From the NCBI RefSeq assembly GCF_000281045.1, contig NW_008246106.1, forward strand, positions 473,288-531,331: DNA of 58,044 bases, in the 5' to 3' direction. Positions 55,486 through 58,044 of the stretch are shown in pieces. Numbering within the stretch: the stretch's first letter is position 1; each line of letters begins with the position of its first letter. Made by a program: the position numbers and the translations under genes. The DNA is from Saprolegnia diclina VS20. Lineage: Eukaryota. The notes beneath the pieces are model-generated. The model was not told the DNA's origin. It worked only from the letters and a program-made list of their open reading frames with translations, and did not search any database.

Positions 55486-56610
55486 ATGGAGGACTACAGC
55501 TACCAGCACGCGCAGCGCCGCTCCATGAGCATGTACGAGACGCCGGTCTACAAGCGGGCGTCGCTGCCGTCGCTCGCCTCGATCGACTCGACCAAGTCGG
55601 TGCACCACCCGATGGAGAACGCGAGCTCGGCGCCGATCCCGATCCCGTCCTTGCGCCCCGCGTCGACGCCATCGGCGCTCCCGAGCTTGGCCTCGTACTC
55701 GCCTGGCTACACCAACTCGTACACGTCGACGGCCTCGTCGTCCTTCTCCGAGTCGGTCGCACTGCCCAAGCTGCGCTCGATGAGTCTCGGCGAGTACATT
55801 CCGCAGCGCCGCGAGCCCACGACGCCGCCATCGATGCACTCCTCGAGCTACCAGGGCCCACACGAGATGCACCGCTACATGCACCAGCGCCAGATGGAGC
55901 CCGACGTCATGCGCTTCAACCAGATCAAGACCGAGATGCACCCGTCGAACGGCTTTCGCCCGACGCCGACGACTGCGTTTGGCTCCTTTGAGAACAGCGC
56001 GGACGTCAAGTTTATGCCGCGCCCCGACATCCCGCTCTCGCGCAGCTGGAACCCGAGCAGCTACATGACGCAAAACCCAGTCCAGCAGCGGTCGGTGCCC
56101 ACGTTTAGCTTTTCGCCGCAGACGAGCGCGAGCTGGAGCCCCGCGTCGACGATGCTCCAGAACACAGTGCCGCAGAGCGCGTCGTCGGACGACGACGAGC
56201 AGCCGGACGAAGAGAGCGACCCGATGAACCGCGGCTCGGGCCGCGTCTGCCGCACCAAGTCGTGCAAGAACGTCGCGCGCTCCAAGGGCCTCTGCCGCAG
56301 CCACGGCGGTGGCAAGCGCTGCACCGAGCCCGGCTGCACCAAGAGCGCGCAGGCCAACAAAAAGTGTATCGCGCACGGCGGTGGTACCCCGTGCTCGTTT
56401 GAAAACTGCGACAAGACAGCGCAGTCCCGGGGCCTCTGCAAGGCGCACGGCGGCGGCGCGCGCTGCAAGTTCCCGAGCTGCCCCAAGTCGAGCCAATCGC
56501 GCGGCTTTTGCCGCGGCCACGGCGGCGGCGTGCGGTGTAAGGCCGACGGCTGCGAAAAGTGGGTCCAGCGCAACGGCTTTTGCATCAAGCACGGCCGCGA
56601 GCAAAACTAA
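55486..56610 (+). CDS. Protein with five C-x4-C..C-x2-HGGG zinc-finger repeats (WRKY19-like repeat; putative transcription factor)
   Basis: Ser/Pro-rich N-terminus; five tandem repeats such as CTEPGCTKSAQANKKCIAHGGG; no WRKYGQK motif. Confidence 0.9.
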   Translation: MEDYSYQHAQRRSMSMYETPVYKRASLPSLASIDSTKSVHHPMENASSAPIPIPSLRPASTPSALPSLASYSPGYTNSYTSTASSSFSESVALPKLRSMSLGEYIPQRREPTTPPSMHSSSYQGPHEMHRYMHQRQMEPDVMRFNQIKTEMHPSNGFRPTPTTAFGSFENSADVKFMPRPDIPLSRSWNPSSYMTQNPVQQRSVPTFSFSPQTSASWSPASTMLQNTVPQSASSDDDEQPDEESDPMNRGSGRVCRTKSCKNVARSKGLCRSHGGGKRCTEPGCTKSAQANKKCIAHGGGTPCSFENCDKTAQSRGLCKAHGGGARCKFPSCPKSSQSRGFCRGHGGGVRCKADGCEKWVQRNGFCIKHGREQN

Positions 56611-56930
56611 AGCGGCTGCGTCTCTCCTCGGTGTCGCGTGGGTGTTTCTTAACTTAGTAGGTGTGTATTAGCATGGATCAATAAACAAAATTAGTCGTGT
56701 ACAAGCCATCGCCTGTCCAAAGAAAACGAACGAGGTGACAACGCCAGTAGCCCTAGAGCAGCCGCGCCGCTGGGACATGCCGTCGGTGGTTGGAACATCC
56801 CCGGACGGATGCTGGCCCGATTGAGACAGGCGGCCGATATTGCGTTTTATGCGTCAAAGCCCACGTGGCGGCCTGTTCGAGCGTGCGTTAAACCCTTTGG
56901 CGCATGCGGAACGGCAAGCGTAAAAATAGC

Positions 56931-57671
56931 ATGCCATCCTACTCGGTCGACCCGTGCCGGCCCATCTTCCTCACCGCGTGCGACGTTCCCGAGACGGACG
57001 GTGATGGCGGCTTTGACGCGCCGCCGCCTGTGAACGACGTGACGCAGCGCCTCGCCCTCCTCGCGCTGCTGCAGTCGCCCCGGCGCGACGAGCAGGCGCC
57101 GCCACTCAACCACCACGTGCAGGTCCAGGCGCGATTCTCGTTCATCGAGCACCGGTATGGCACACGGCCCGCGCAGCCAAAGAAGACCAACAAGCGAACG
57201 CTGGATCGGCTCGCTAACCCCATCTTGGGCCATACGTCGACGCTCAACGCGCTGCCGCCAGAGCTCCGCAAGAAGCGTGCACCGCTGCACGCCGAGAACA
57301 CCGACGACGATCTGCGTGTCGAGAAAGTCAAGCGACCTCTTCTCAAGCCTACCACCAAGCCCAAGCGACTGGCGAAGCTCCCAATTCATGTCAAAAGCAC
57401 GCTTAGCCGCGACCTCAAGATCGTCAAACCCGCGCCAAGCTGCTTCATCACGCAGCAGCTCACGTCCAACCAAGTGCCAAAGCGCAAGACGACCAAGAAG
57501 AATGTAACGCGAGCCCCGGCGCCAAAGACTGAGCGCCGTGCCCCAAAGGAATCGTCGCGCTCCGCCAAAGTTGTCAAGCCCGACGAGAAGAAGCCCGTGC
57601 GCAAGCCGACGGTGCTCCCACCGCTGCGCCCGGCGGGGCCTCCAAAGAAGACGTCGTTCCGGCGCTTTTAG
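56931..57671 (+). CDS. Hypothetical basic Lys/Pro-rich protein
   Basis: ORF with coding-like codon usage followed by an AT-rich 3' flank. Confidence 0.65.
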   Translation: MPSYSVDPCRPIFLTACDVPETDGDGGFDAPPPVNDVTQRLALLALLQSPRRDEQAPPLNHHVQVQARFSFIEHRYGTRPAQPKKTNKRTLDRLANPILGHTSTLNALPPELRKKRAPLHAENTDDDLRVEKVKRPLLKPTTKPKRLAKLPIHVKSTLSRDLKIVKPAPSCFITQQLTSNQVPKRKTTKKNVTRAPAPKTERRAPKESSRSAKVVKPDEKKPVRKPTVLPPLRPAGPPKKTSFRRF

Positions 57672-57724
57672 CGATTAACGCTAGCTTTAGTATTTAACCC
57701 TCTACGCCTTAGGACTATAATGCA

Positions 57725-58044
57725 TCACCGTTTGTAGTCGGCCAAGTGCACGTAGCGAATGGCGTCAATGAGGTCGGCGTCCAGCTCGGCGCGCACCTTC
57801 CGGAGCTCCTTGTCGCGCGACGCGCGCAATTGCTGCAGCTGCTCGTCGAGCGCAGCCTTGGATTCGGCAATCAGTGCTTCCTCATACGCGCCGGCAGCAC
57901 GCGCCGGCGACGGACTTCGGACTGCAAATTTACTCTCGGCGGGGCTTTTGGCCTGCAGCGCCCGCCACTGGGCGCGGTGTTGCTCCTGGGCGCGTTGGTC
58001 CACGCGCGCTCGGGCGTGGAGGCGTCGCTGGTGCTTGAGCAGTG
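57725..58044 (-). CDS. 3' part of a coiled-coil protein; runs off the window
   Basis: Open frame to the window edge (EESKAALDEQLQQL-type helical sequence); last codons may be spliced. Confidence 0.55.
   Translation of the reverse strand, partial: LLKHQRRLHARARVDQRAQEQHRAQWRALQAKSPAESKFAVRSPSPARAAGAYEEALIAESKAALDEQLQQLRASRDKELRKVRAELDADLIDAIRYVHLADYKR

Noticed and set aside
55486..56610. True WRKY transcription factor
   Set aside because: No WRKYGQK domain; only the HGGG zinc-finger repeats that often attract that label.

Overview
Gene-dense, GC-rich eukaryotic scaffold with very short (about 35-60 bp) GT-AG introns and one N-gap. Gene content points to an oomycete, most likely Saprolegniales (Saprolegnia/Achlya-like); this is inference from CBM1-only secreted proteins, HA-repeat and C-x4-C..C-x2-HGGG proteins and a mitochondrial PHGDH-PSAT fusion. 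About 22 protein-coding genes are present: a PL1 pectin lyase (partial), two ankyrin-TRP channel paralogues, two MFSD1-like transporters, a membrane-anchored tandem TKL kinase, ADAT3, ATM1/ABCB7, MTG1, an HA-repeat protein, two CBM1 genes in a 1.2 kb inverted repeat, a duplicated multi-TM protein, PHGDH-PSAT, a BED finger protein, an EGF/5-TM protein, an ApaH-like phosphatase and a WRKY19-like zinc-finger protein. The top finding is one gene (31160-34501) encoding signal peptide + EGF + class C-type 7TM receptor + Vps34-type PI3-kinase, with a 155-aa insertion in the kinase N-lobe. Also notable: adenylyl-cyclase-like TM module fused to two kinases, TRP channels with two extra helices, a PHGDH half apparently lacking catalytic residues, a loop-less 96-bp palindrome, and a chimeric duplication. 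All identifications are by eye from motifs; no searches were run and multi-exon boundaries are approximate.
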